Assembly: GCA_021163205.1 (NCBI GenBank) | Contig: JAGGXF010000021.1 | Coordinates: 1 to 46,452 of the forward strand | Direction: 5' to 3' | Length of the DNA stretch: 46,452 bases | Origin: Candidatus Aenigmatarchaeota archaeon | Lineage (GTDB): Archaea; Aenigmatarchaeota; Aenigmatarchaeia; GW2011-AR5; JAGGXF01 | Part shown: piece after piece, positions 17,958-27,033 of the stretch | Layout: each line of letters opens with the position of its first letter | How positions within the stretch are numbered: position 1 is the stretch's first letter | Translations under genes and position numbers: made by a program | Notes under the pieces: model-generated | Database searches by the model: none | What the model was told of the DNA's origin: nothing | What the model saw: only the letters and a program-made list of their open reading frames with translations

Positions 17958-20513
17958 TTATCTCTTCTTATTTGGCCTATAATTGTATTTAAATTCGTGT
18001 GATATTCTGGCTTTCAAGTTTTGCATCTTTTGAATAGTATCTTGTCTTGCGGGTGTACGCCTTGGCAGCGCACCAGTCAGGCGTGTGAGATTTGGCAAAC
18101 CACCCCTTTCACTTCCTTTTTTATACTTTATGAGGAACCCAAATGCGACAATGATAACTATTAGAATAATCCACCAGTTCGCATTTATGAAGGCTATAGG
18201 AGATGTTATCAAAGCTATCAGTACTGCCGGTACCCCAGCGATGGCCGTAAAGAAGCCCGTCGGTGTCTCTTTCTCCTGACTTTGCTCTGCAGGTAATTTT
18301 TCGAGGAGTTGCACAGTTAATGTTGTCTGAGCCTGAGTTTCGGCAGACTGAGCAGCTATATTTATGAGATAAAACTTCTTACATTCATGTGATGCACAAT
18401 AGCCTTTTGGTATGAAAAATCTTAGCTCCACATTTATAGAGTCGTCGGGATTCATCTGAGAAATGCTAGTAGGGATTATCTGATACCACTCTGGTGGCAC
18501 CCCGTCTACTCCAATGGTTATGTCAGTGAGATTTGTCTGCCCCGTGTTTTTAACAGTTATATTTGTTGATATGGTTTTTCCCTCTGCGATATCAATCGTT
18601 TCTGGGGCTAAAAGAGATAGTTCTGTCTTTCTCGAAAGCTCTAGAAAAACAGAAGATTCGGCAGGTAGGAAAGGCTCTTTTTCGCATCGCATGGAGAGTT
18701 TTGCCGAACCTTCGTGCATCGGAGCCTTCACGTTGATCATAAAGAAGCCGCCTATGTCAGTCTTTGTTGTTTCGTTGGTCGAGCCAAGCGAATATTCAAC
18801 AGTGGCGCCTTCCACCGGATTGCCGTTCGAGTCAAGCACCTTGCCTGAAATAGAAACCATTTCACCCATAAAGTAATTTTTCTTTGGTATAGTAACATCA
18901 AAGTGTAGAGCCTTTCTTTCACCTATGACAAACGACGAAAATGAAGAGACATTGAATTTTACTATATTTCTTGTTGTGTCTACGACTGGATTTTCTATTC
19001 TTTCCCAGCTATCAGAACACGACCTCCTATCAAAATTCCAATTGTGGCATGTATAAACCTCTATCCGTTGTTCGTCTGTCACTTTAGAGGCATCGTAATA
19101 TATTTCCAGATCTGCGGAAGAAAATTTTATTTCCGGAGATAGCTCAAGAACAACTAAACTCGCAACAGATATCCCTGGAATGTCTGCCTCTCCAGAGAAT
19201 TTGTCAAACCTTATTGCATCTTCGATACCATTCTCAATATAAACCCCATTAAGCGTTGCTAAGAGGGTATCAAACTGCAAAATAAGGGTATAGTTACCTG
19301 GCAATATGGAAGCAGAGTACTCCCCAAGCTCATTGGTGCTTATCTGCTTTACCTCCCCATCCTTTATAAGTTTTATTATCCCTTTCACAGCATGATTATC
19401 TGCATCAACTATCTTTCCATGGAATGGGAGTATGAACTTAATTGGGCTTTTTGCTTCCACAACAATTGGAGACAAGACATTGTAGTCCATTGCTAAGAAC
19501 AGCCTATACGAACCTGGTTCAAATTGAGGCAGCTTGGCTGTCACAACACCCGTCCCCGACTGGGTGTTATATGAAAAGTCACTAATTTCAAGATTGTTGG
19601 TTTTCTCCCCATTTTCATTCATGAGATAAACATAGAAATCTGACTGAGAAATATCCTCTATGATATTTTTATTATAAAACGCGGAGAAATGTATCTTAAG
19701 CGTTCCGGCTGTTGAATACTCTAACGGGGCTCCGTCATTTACATCGAGTATTTCAAGGTCTAGTGGTGACTGTATTTTCACGACGTTTCTCTTGATTATT
19801 TTATAATTGTGTTTAATCCCAGCATCAAAGTACTCCACTTCTATTATAAGGTTGTATAATATATCTGTGTCAAGACTTGAATAGTCATAATTCACAAATG
19901 GTTTCAGAAGAAACCGCTTGGTGTTCTGGTTAAAGCCAACCGGCCCAAGACTTAGCTGATACTTCTGCCCAAACTGTTCCAAATAAACCTTAAAAGTTGG
20001 GTTGGTTGCGGGTTCTTTTAGATTAGATTCCACAAAAAGCTCCGCTTCTATCGGATTTTCAAATAGCTGTCCGACATACACCGCATATGGTGGGTTGCTC
20101 TCTGGTAAAACCACATCACCGGTTAGCCTTTTGACATTAAACATTCTCTGTACGGTATCTGTTGTCCCAGCATAACTACATGTTATGTCTATGCTGTACG
20201 AACCTGGGTCTGCAGTCTGGTAAGTCAAAGAAAAGACATCATTCTCTGAATCATAAACAAAATCTATTGGCTGGTATGTCACATCCTTGTGCGTCACCAC
20301 TCCCCGAACCGCGAGATTGGAAGAACTTGTGTTTGCTTCGGTACATTTTACAGAAATAACGATATTGGCGGGGGAATACGTGTTTTCCCCTGTTTGCTCT
20401 ATCCAAGGGTTTGGAGTAATCTGTACATCGCTGATCTGAACAGCACTAACAATACTCACCAGTAAAAGGATTGCTCCAACGACGATATATTGCTTTTTAA
20501 CCATTAGCATCAC
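17958..20513 (-). CDS. Membrane-anchored multi-Ig surface protein with carboxypeptidase-regulatory-like, PGF-pre-PGF-like and NEW3/CARDB-like domains
   Basis: Signal peptide. GKVLDSNGNPVEGATV, CHNWNF...FSSFVIG and VKNTGQTNLTDI motifs. TPTGFF motif, C-terminal TM helix and basic tail. Confidence 0.8.
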   Translation of the reverse strand: MMLMVKKQYIVVGAILLLVSIVSAVQISDVQITPNPWIEQTGENTYSPANIVISVKCTEANTSSSNLAVRGVVTHKDVTYQPIDFVYDSENDVFSLTYQTADPGSYSIDITCSYAGTTDTVQRMFNVKRLTGDVVLPESNPPYAVYVGQLFENPIEAELFVESNLKEPATNPTFKVYLEQFGQKYQLSLGPVGFNQNTKRFLLKPFVNYDYSSLDTDILYNLIIEVEYFDAGIKHNYKIIKRNVVKIQSPLDLEILDVNDGAPLEYSTAGTLKIHFSAFYNKNIIEDISQSDFYVYLMNENGEKTNNLEISDFSYNTQSGTGVVTAKLPQFEPGSYRLFLAMDYNVLSPIVVEAKSPIKFILPFHGKIVDADNHAVKGIIKLIKDGEVKQISTNELGEYSASILPGNYTLILQFDTLLATLNGVYIENGIEDAIRFDKFSGEADIPGISVASLVVLELSPEIKFSSADLEIYYDASKVTDEQRIEVYTCHNWNFDRRSCSDSWERIENPVVDTTRNIVKFNVSSFSSFVIGERKALHFDVTIPKKNYFMGEMVSISGKVLDSNGNPVEGATVEYSLGSTNETTKTDIGGFFMINVKAPMHEGSAKLSMRCEKEPFLPAESSVFLELSRKTELSLLAPETIDIAEGKTISTNITVKNTGQTNLTDITIGVDGVPPEWYQIIPTSISQMNPDDSINVELRFFIPKGYCASHECKKFYLINIAAQSAETQAQTTLTVQLLEKLPAEQSQEKETPTGFFTAIAGVPAVLIALITSPIAFINANWWIILIVIIVAFGFLIKYKKGSERGGLPNLTRLTGALPRRTPARQDTIQKMQNLKARISHEFKYNYRPNKKR

Positions 20514-20559
20514 TTGGTATCTTCACGCCACGCCAGTCGAGTATCTCACAGTAAATGAG

Positions 20560-21336
20560 CTAAAATCCTCTGAGCTTTTCTAGGAGGCGCTTGAAGAATA
20601 GATTTCGCGGCTCTTGGAATGCTCTATTTGTAAGGTAATGTGCCAGTCTCCTAAATTCTATGGAAGGCTTTGAATAAGGACTGTATTTGACAACAGGCAT
20701 TTCCTCGAAGATGCTTCTCTTTATTATTTTGTCTTCTGGTATTTTCGATATTATTGGTGCTTCACACATTATCTCTATTTCAGCGGGCCTTAACTCGTAG
20801 TTTGTCCCCTGGACACGATTTACAACTATCCCTAAGACATTTTTTTTCAGGTCTCTCGATATTTTTATAACCTTTATTGCATCTGTAACTGATGGCATGT
20901 CCGGATTAGTCACAACAATCACATCATCTACTGCCTCCATAACTGACAAGGCATCGTCTGTGAGACCGGGCGGACAATCGACCAGGACAATCCCTTTCAA
21001 TTTTTTTAAATCCTTTCTGAGCTTTTTGCTGTTTGGTTTCAAACCGGTATAAACGTCATCAACTGATAGTGATGATGGTATTATTGTTAGCCCCATGGGA
21101 TGATGATGAATAGAATTCAGGATATGTTCTTTTCCACTCACAACGTCTTGCAACGAGACGTCAAAAGAAAATGTTCCGAGCTGCACGCCAAGATTGGAAA
21201 CAGTCATATCGGCATCAACAACAGTCACTTGTTCTCCAAGTTCCTGCAAGGCTATTCCGAGATTAATGGCAGTAATGGTTTTTCCAACGCCCCCCTTACC
21301 AGAAACTATACCAATTATCCTACTCAACACTCCCAC
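20560..21336 (-). CDS. minD: MinD-family ATPase (archaeal type)
   Basis: Deviant Walker A SGKGGVGKT, VVDAD, VDCPPG and NRV motifs. C-terminal amphipathic helix FFKRLLEKLRGF. Confidence 0.9.
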   Translation of the reverse strand: MGVLSRIIGIVSGKGGVGKTITAINLGIALQELGEQVTVVDADMTVSNLGVQLGTFSFDVSLQDVVSGKEHILNSIHHHPMGLTIIPSSLSVDDVYTGLKPNSKKLRKDLKKLKGIVLVDCPPGLTDDALSVMEAVDDVIVVTNPDMPSVTDAIKVIKISRDLKKNVLGIVVNRVQGTNYELRPAEIEIMCEAPIISKIPEDKIIKRSIFEEMPVVKYSPYSKPSIEFRRLAHYLTNRAFQEPRNLFFKRLLEKLRGF

Positions 21337-21401
21337 CCTTAAAATATAATTTAGACATTATAATATATTTAAATAATTGTTTTTTTCTAATATAAAGTTT
21401 T

Positions 21402-22217
21402 TCAGTCCCTTCTTTTGGGTCTTTTATTCAGCTTTTTGACTACGATCACTCCTATGACAAAGCCCACGACGGCATATAATGGGGTGACGTCTCTGGGCTC
21501 TTTCAACCTTATGGTCTTCTTAGCATAATATTTTCCGTCTTCTGACACAATTTCTAGCGTTATCGGCTCTTCTTTCCAGTACTCCGCATAATAAGAAATG
21601 GTATCTATTATTTTATCTTGCGTGGGTTCGAGTTTTTTTGACTCGAAATACCACCCCATTGGATATTGCGAAGGTATGACCACTAGCGGCGGTAAAGACT
21701 CCACACCGCGCTTTTTTTTCACGTTTATTCTAATCATGTCTTTTGTGTTTGATATGGATATGCCTGCTATATCTTCTAGAGATGCTCTTGTTTTGTTCGT
21801 GCCTATAGCCGAGAAATTTATCTCTTTTATTTTTTTTGATTCATAACATTGATAAGCAGTCAACACTACGTGATAGTTTCCATCTTCTTTTGGAAGCCAG
21901 TATATGTCAAAGGTGTCATAAGCACCCGGCAACATAATCTTTTCTTGGCTCCACCCAGTATAAACAACGGCATCGTCTTTCAATATGTCTGCCCTTATCT
22001 TCACCTTACAACTAACTGAACCGCTGTTCATCCATTCTGTATAAATGTGTTCATATGTGCCATTAGTTATGTTATCGAAGTACAAGTACTCTGGGTACCC
22101 CTCAATTTTTCCGGTGATGTCGACATTAACTTCTGTTGCTGGCGTTGGAATTGAAAGAATCGCAAGCATCAAAAAACCAAAAGATACGGCAAGATATAAA
22201 CGCAGGGATTTAGACAT
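21402..22217 (-). CDS. Exported Ig-like protein with C-terminal TM anchor (DUF3324-like domain possible)
   Basis: Signal peptide. EWMNSGSV...MLPG...IYWLP...GNY pattern. C-terminal TM plus basic tail. Confidence 0.7.
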   Translation of the reverse strand: MSKSLRLYLAVSFGFLMLAILSIPTPATEVNVDITGKIEGYPEYLYFDNITNGTYEHIYTEWMNSGSVSCKVKIRADILKDDAVVYTGWSQEKIMLPGAYDTFDIYWLPKEDGNYHVVLTAYQCYESKKIKEINFSAIGTNKTRASLEDIAGISISNTKDMIRINVKKKRGVESLPPLVVIPSQYPMGWYFESKKLEPTQDKIIDTISYYAEYWKEEPITLEIVSEDGKYYAKKTIRLKEPRDVTPLYAVVGFVIGVIVVKKLNKRPKRRD

Positions 22218-22342
22218 TCTTTCTCACCTCTTAAGTGACTTGGTTCTGTCAAATAATTCGACTATGATATCATATTCTTTACAGACCGATTTTGGCTTGA
22301 AATTTTTTAGCCCGGCTGAATTTGACCGAGCAACACATCAAA

Positions 22343-22927
22343 CTATGAGGCATAAAGGGCCGGAATTAAAAAGTCATACTTCGGTACCTTTATATTAATG
22401 TCTACCTCACCGGTATAATAGCCGGTACTGGTTTTATTTCCTGTTATATTCAGCACAACTCTTATTTCTGGGTTTTCCCCTGGCTTGACTATTATATCGT
22501 TTTCGCTTAATTTGATAAATCTGGAGATATTTCCATAGCTTGATATTTTAACTTTCACGGGTCTCTTACCATTGTTGGGAACTGACAAAAATTTAGTCAC
22601 AACTGGTGTCACGTTTAGTATTATTCTACCAAAATTAAACCTATCTGTATCAGAAGATACCCCGATATTCAGCTTTGTTAGGTTCTTTTGCTTTATGACT
22701 AGAACCTCTGCCGGGTACCTGAACAAAATTGTTTCAAAAAATATACCTTCTCTTTGCTCTTTAGACATATTAACGGCGAGCGTTGTTGGCTCTTTCTCAA
22801 CACCAAATAACTCTATCAAGAAAACAAGTGTTAAAAAAACAACCAGCACAAAAAAGAATAGTAAAAATCTATTTGATTTTTTCTTTCTTCGTCGCTTGTC
22901 TTTTTTCTTCTTTGCTTTTTTTTTCAT
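22343..22927 (-). CDS. N-terminally anchored single Ig/pilin-like domain protein
   Basis: Likely start ATG 22927 (GGTGAG RBS). Poly-Lys N-terminus, TM helix, FNFG motif, terminal GYYTGEVDI strand. Confidence 0.75.
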   Translation of the reverse strand: MKKKAKKKKDKRRRKKKSNRFLLFFFVLVVFLTLVFLIELFGVEKEPTTLAVNMSKEQREGIFFETILFRYPAEVLVIKQKNLTKLNIGVSSDTDRFNFGRIILNVTPVVTKFLSVPNNGKRPVKVKISSYGNISRFIKLSENDIIVKPGENPEIRVVLNITGNKTSTGYYTGEVDINIKVPKYDFLIPALYAS

Positions 22928-22932
22928 CAATC

Positions 22933-23928
22933 TCACCACTTCCAATAAACCAGGAGTAATACGAATAACACAATTAACACAACCAGCCACCAAGGGAATT
23001 TAGATGGTTTTGGTGGCAGTGTGGCTTTTATCGCCTTTGGTATCTCGAGGTTATATCTTTCAGATATAGTCCCTGTCGAATAGTCTACCACAACTTTTGC
23101 CGTGTACAATCCAGGTTCTATCTTATCGCTGCGCCAGAAAACAGACAATATTCCTGTTGTTTTTGGTGGAATCTTTTTGTCACCGCCTTTTAGCACGGTC
23201 ACTATGTTGTTGTCCTTGTCAAAAAGTTTTAGCTCCTTTAATTTTGCTGTCATTGTGACTGTCCCTGTGTTTTGGAAGACCACGTCAAACCTGGCAATAT
23301 TTTTCATCTCTCGTTCGGCGAAAATATTGACAACTTTTCCCTTTCTTATTGCTGGTTCCGGTATAACATGAAAAACAAAATAAAATCTTGTTATTCCTAT
23401 GGTCGAGACCGATGTTCCGCCAGAAGGTGTTGAAGATATTTGAGGATTCAGGTTTATAGCGCCAACATGATATCCTGGCTCTGCGTCTTTTGGGACCTGC
23501 AATATGAACTCAACATCAGCATTTGCACTGACGGTTTTTCCCGACGGAAGTCGAACAACAATCCCCGGTGATTTTGACGATATAAAAACCGGATTCTCTG
23601 GAAATGTTACCCAGTCAATTACTGACTCCTCTGATGCGTTTTTTGGGATAAATCCGTCTGCACCATTTTTCATAAACAATCTTAGATGGGGGTTGGTAGA
23701 AGATAATTGAATAAGCATGTCACTTTCTGCATTGGTCAATATATAGAACATACCTACAACACGTTCACCGGGTTTAACGTCCCCGAGATTCAGAAGGCCC
23801 GGAGCAGTTCCAACAGAAAGAGCCAAAGAAAAATTAGACAACAACAGAGTTATGACTAACGCTTTGACTATCGCTCTAAAACAAGATGACAAAAATGGTG
23901 ATGTAAATGATTGTTTATCCCTCTTCAT
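22933..23928 (-). CDS. DUF916/DUF3324 (WxL-interacting protein)/PapD-chaperone-like two-domain membrane-anchored protein
   Basis: Signal peptide. VKPGE...DWVTF...VEFILQVPKDAEPGYHVGAI in domain 1, FQNTGTV...IPPK...W...PGLYTAKV in domain 2, then a C-terminal TM (FPWWLVVLIV). This matches the typical DUF916+DUF3324+TM layout. Confidence 0.6.
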   Translation of the reverse strand: MKRDKQSFTSPFLSSCFRAIVKALVITLLLSNFSLALSVGTAPGLLNLGDVKPGERVVGMFYILTNAESDMLIQLSSTNPHLRLFMKNGADGFIPKNASEESVIDWVTFPENPVFISSKSPGIVVRLPSGKTVSANADVEFILQVPKDAEPGYHVGAINLNPQISSTPSGGTSVSTIGITRFYFVFHVIPEPAIRKGKVVNIFAEREMKNIARFDVVFQNTGTVTMTAKLKELKLFDKDNNIVTVLKGGDKKIPPKTTGILSVFWRSDKIEPGLYTAKVVVDYSTGTISERYNLEIPKAIKATLPPKPSKFPWWLVVLIVLFVLLLVYWKW

Positions 23929-23957
23929 TCTCCTCTCTTATTTATTGTCGATAGAGG

Positions 23958-23965
23958 TATATAAA
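23958..23965 (-). promoter_or_regulatory. TATA box TTTATATA
   Basis: Consensus archaeal TATA 30 bp upstream of ATG 23928. The same TTTATATACC occurs upstream of the next gene. Confidence 0.6.
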
Positions 23966-24109
23966 TTTTAGTCATTGATAAATTTCGATTCCTCGACAAG
24001 TGTATGACGAAATGAAATAGGGACAAGGCATTGAAAACATGTGCCATGAAAAATCAATTACAACACTCATTAATTAGCAGACCTGACAAAAGAGATGAGA
24101 ACACAGAGT

Positions 24110-24142
24110 AAAACTCACATAAAATAAAACATAAAATAAAAA
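24110..24142 (-). terminator. Oligo-T archaeal terminator-like tract
   Basis: Minus strand shows repeated TTTTA runs just downstream of the stop at 24175. Confidence 0.4.
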
Positions 24143-24174
24143 GATGGGGGAGTGGATGATATCTATTCGACTCA

Positions 24175-25110
24175 CTACTCGACTCCGGCAGCAACAAGAG
24201 TCAACTTTCCTGTTATACTTCCATGTGGTGTACCATAGGGTACAACAACACGAACATTCAACACCATCGTGTCTCCTGGATTAAACTTGGTTGTTCCATC
24301 TGCGAGCAGATCTTGGTAAGAACACCCCCCTTCTTCTCCTGGAACATCCAAGTTATACTTGTAGAATATCGCATGATCACATGTTGACGCGATAGCCATG
24401 CAATATTTATATCCTTCTATTGTTACCTCTGCCAATCCCCAATCCGTGTAGTTTCCACCTGCATTAGACATGTTGTAGTATGTATAATCAGAACCTGTTG
24501 AAGTGAAATCTGTCGTGCCCGTCGATGAAGAGTTGTGCGGCGTTTTTGCTATTCTGACATCGCCCTTTGCAGCATTAGCATCCGTGTCATTACATAATCC
24601 ATTTGCTCCTGGGTTCACAGTCCATATAAATTCATGGTAAGATCCTGTTGAAAAGTTAGCTGTTCTAAATCTACCATATTTCCATCCGCTGTCAAACGAA
24701 GCAAAAGGAAGTGTCGAGGATTCATTCCACTCGTGCCTATTTACATAAAAATATGCCCAGGATGCGTTTGTTTCTCTCTTAAGAACAACAAAATTTCCAG
24801 CATCATAGCTGCTTGTTAAACCAGAACCGAAAGGTCGGCTTGTTGGGTGGGTTGTATTTAACCATAAATATGTTATATTAGTGGAACCAATGTTCTCAAT
24901 AAAAAGGTCCTTTTCACTTCCAATTTCTCCCGGGTTTAGATTGCTCCAGCTCAATGAATCTGGCGTAAAGTCTATTTGTGTGACAGTCCCGACGGTAACG
25001 GTTATATTAACCTCCGATGTTGTATTTACCGTGGGTATTGCAAACACAGAGACGGACAAAAATAACAGACCTGAAATAATGAAGATAATGCCTCTTAGTA
25101 CATCATTCAT
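24175..25110 (-). CDS. Secreted glycoprotein, candidate major fibre/WxL-like structural subunit
   Basis: Likely start ATG 25110 (GGAGGG RBS). Signal peptide ending VFA, N-terminal alternating strand EVNITVTV, C-terminal VPYGTPHGSITGKLTLVA, no TM anchor. Has its own promoter and a T-rich 3' tract. Confidence 0.7.
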   Translation of the reverse strand: MNDVLRGIIFIISGLLFLSVSVFAIPTVNTTSEVNITVTVGTVTQIDFTPDSLSWSNLNPGEIGSEKDLFIENIGSTNITYLWLNTTHPTSRPFGSGLTSSYDAGNFVVLKRETNASWAYFYVNRHEWNESSTLPFASFDSGWKYGRFRTANFSTGSYHEFIWTVNPGANGLCNDTDANAAKGDVRIAKTPHNSSSTGTTDFTSTGSDYTYYNMSNAGGNYTDWGLAEVTIEGYKYCMAIASTCDHAIFYKYNLDVPGEEGGCSYQDLLADGTTKFNPGDTMVLNVRVVVPYGTPHGSITGKLTLVAAGVE

Positions 25111-25157
25111 GACTATTCCCTCCAAAATGACTGCTATCTATTTTTTCCAGAGAGTGG

Positions 25158-25165
25158 TATATAAA
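25158..25165 (-). promoter_or_regulatory. TATA box TTTATATA
   Basis: Consensus TATA with upstream AAAC, about 48 bp before ATG 25110. Confidence 0.6.
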
Positions 25166-25432
25166 GTTTGTGGTCTTTTCTCATTGTTTGATTTATCCAA
25201 ATAATCATTTGAATAATTAAAATCAAATGAGACCATATAGTTGCGTCCCAGAACTAATTTCAGCGTTATTTATCAGGGCTACGAAAAAATAATAAATGAT
25301 AGAAGTTGTGGCGCACGGTTATTTTGTTCGGTTTTGTTTGATGCGTCCTCTGATACATGGCTATAATTTCTTTTATCTTGTTTCGATAATTTGTATTGAG
25401 TGAGCTTTTCATCAGAATATTGCCATTCTGTT

Positions 25433-25918
25433 TCATTTAGACTGCTCATAAGATGAAAGATCTTCTGGACAAAGTATTGTTGACTTATACCAAGCTGTGA
25501 CGCGCGTGTTATTAACCGGCTTCACTTTTGATATAACTGAGACAGAATCAGTATCATTACATATGTTCCCGACTCTTATAGTTATTGCCCTGTTTGCAGA
25601 TATTTGACTAAAACTTATGTTGTTGTCATCTTTGAAGGTGTTCACCGTTCCATAAAATTCATTGTCTTTGTATATCTCGATATCTGTCGTGTTTATTGTA
25701 TCAATTCCTGTGTTTCTCAAAACAAGAAGACATCCATTCTTATTTAGACAGTCCCCTATAAGTTCGGCATCTATTTTTCCGAATTTTTTTTCCACAGTTA
25801 TGACTTTCCTATCTTTTACTGTGTATCCTACGAAAAAACCGAGCAAAAAGGTTCCGAAAAATATAATCGCAAAAAGAACAAGAACCAGAAACAATCTCTG
25901 TTCGTTTGACTTTTTCAT
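25433..25918 (-). CDS. Membrane-anchored protein with an archaeal pilin/archaellin-accessory-like beta domain
   Basis: Likely start ATG 25918. One TM, then LRNTGIDTINTTDIEIYKD and 4 Cys. No clear class III signal peptide. Confidence 0.55.
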   Translation of the reverse strand: MKKSNEQRLFLVLVLFAIIFFGTFLLGFFVGYTVKDRKVITVEKKFGKIDAELIGDCLNKNGCLLVLRNTGIDTINTTDIEIYKDNEFYGTVNTFKDDNNISFSQISANRAITIRVGNICNDTDSVSVISKVKPVNNTRVTAWYKSTILCPEDLSSYEQSK

Positions 25919-26135
25919 GCAAATCACAAACAACCAAAAAATACAAAAAATAAAAAGTAATGGGAAGATAGAAGAATTTCTTGGAGGAAATAGTCTTCTG
26001 AAGACCACACTCTTCCCATTACCAGTTAAAATATAGTAAAAAACCTTTTAAAAGTTGGTTTTTTCGTTTTTCACCACTCTCACGGAAATATTTTTACAGA
26101 AATATTTCGTAATTTTTAATTCTGTTTGGTTTCTT

Positions 26136-26987
26136 TTAGTGAAGACTATCTTCGACCAACTTTCTTGCTTGGAGTACTAAATCATGTATCTTCTCCCTGC
26201 TTATGCCCATCGCCTTTTCTAATCGACCTTCTGGTGAAATTAAAATATCGAATAAGGTTATATAACCATTCTTGAGCAGTTTCCTTTTTACAGGGGAACT
26301 TGCTTTTAGTATGGTGGTGGGAAAAACTCTTTTCTCTTCTATCATAAGCTCAAGACTTTTTCTCCTTCGCTTAGGATAAGACCAGCCTGTTAGTAATATA
26401 CCCTTGGCTTTTGCATATCTTTTAGCGTGTTCTGAAAATTTAGTATTCGTGACAATCCACGCTTTCGTGAAATCGTATTTATTTATGGATCTCTTATATC
26501 CATCCTTAATATCTTCTAATCTTGCTTCGACCTGAAGCACGACACCGAGACCACAATACCTGTGTGGATTTACATGTCTCTTACATTCCACCAAAAACAA
26601 ATCAGAACCCTTTTTCGCCACGATATCGACCTGGTGTTCGACAGAAGCTCCAGGGATAATTTTATTCCATTCACATTCAAATCCATGACACGCAAGCAGC
26701 TCTTTCACGAACTTTTCAAAGCTTTCGGCATCGATTTCAGCCATGGCTTTTCTTAATCTATAATAATATGCCGGTTTGGAAATCTCCTCTATTCTTTCTA
26801 ATTTTTTCAAAACCATCTGATAAATTCTGCGTGTTGTTATACCATCATACACCAGCTTCTCTATTTCTTTCGATATCTCTCTTGCCTGCTTTCTTGAAAC
26901 GCCTGCCCGCAGGCACGTTCTCTCTATCTTCTCTGGCCTGAACTCTTCTCTCCGACCGTCCGCCTTTATTACATAGGCTTTTGCCAT
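26136..26987 (-). CDS. ATP-cone domain fused to an Mrr-like PD-(D/E)xK restriction endonuclease domain
   Basis: VIKADGRREEFRPEKI (ATP cone). FEKFV...QVDIVA...VECK (nuclease). VTNTKFS motif. HhH-like C-terminus. Confidence 0.85.
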   Translation of the reverse strand: MAKAYVIKADGRREEFRPEKIERTCLRAGVSRKQAREISKEIEKLVYDGITTRRIYQMVLKKLERIEEISKPAYYYRLRKAMAEIDAESFEKFVKELLACHGFECEWNKIIPGASVEHQVDIVAKKGSDLFLVECKRHVNPHRYCGLGVVLQVEARLEDIKDGYKRSINKYDFTKAWIVTNTKFSEHAKRYAKAKGILLTGWSYPKRRRKSLELMIEEKRVFPTTILKASSPVKRKLLKNGYITLFDILISPEGRLEKAMGISREKIHDLVLQARKLVEDSLH

Positions 26988-27033
26988 TACAACACCTTGC
27001 CACGCTTCTCTAAACTAATATTCGTTTACCGGA

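Noticed and set aside
25266-25436. Possible 56-aa ORF, or a frameshifted extension after the 25433-25918 gene
   Set aside because: An ATGA overlap exists, but the product has no recognisable features or RBS support.
25433-25918. Type IV pilin/archaellin
   Set aside because: The beta domain is reminiscent, but there is no class III signal peptide cleavage motif and no pilus ATPase or TadC gene in the window.
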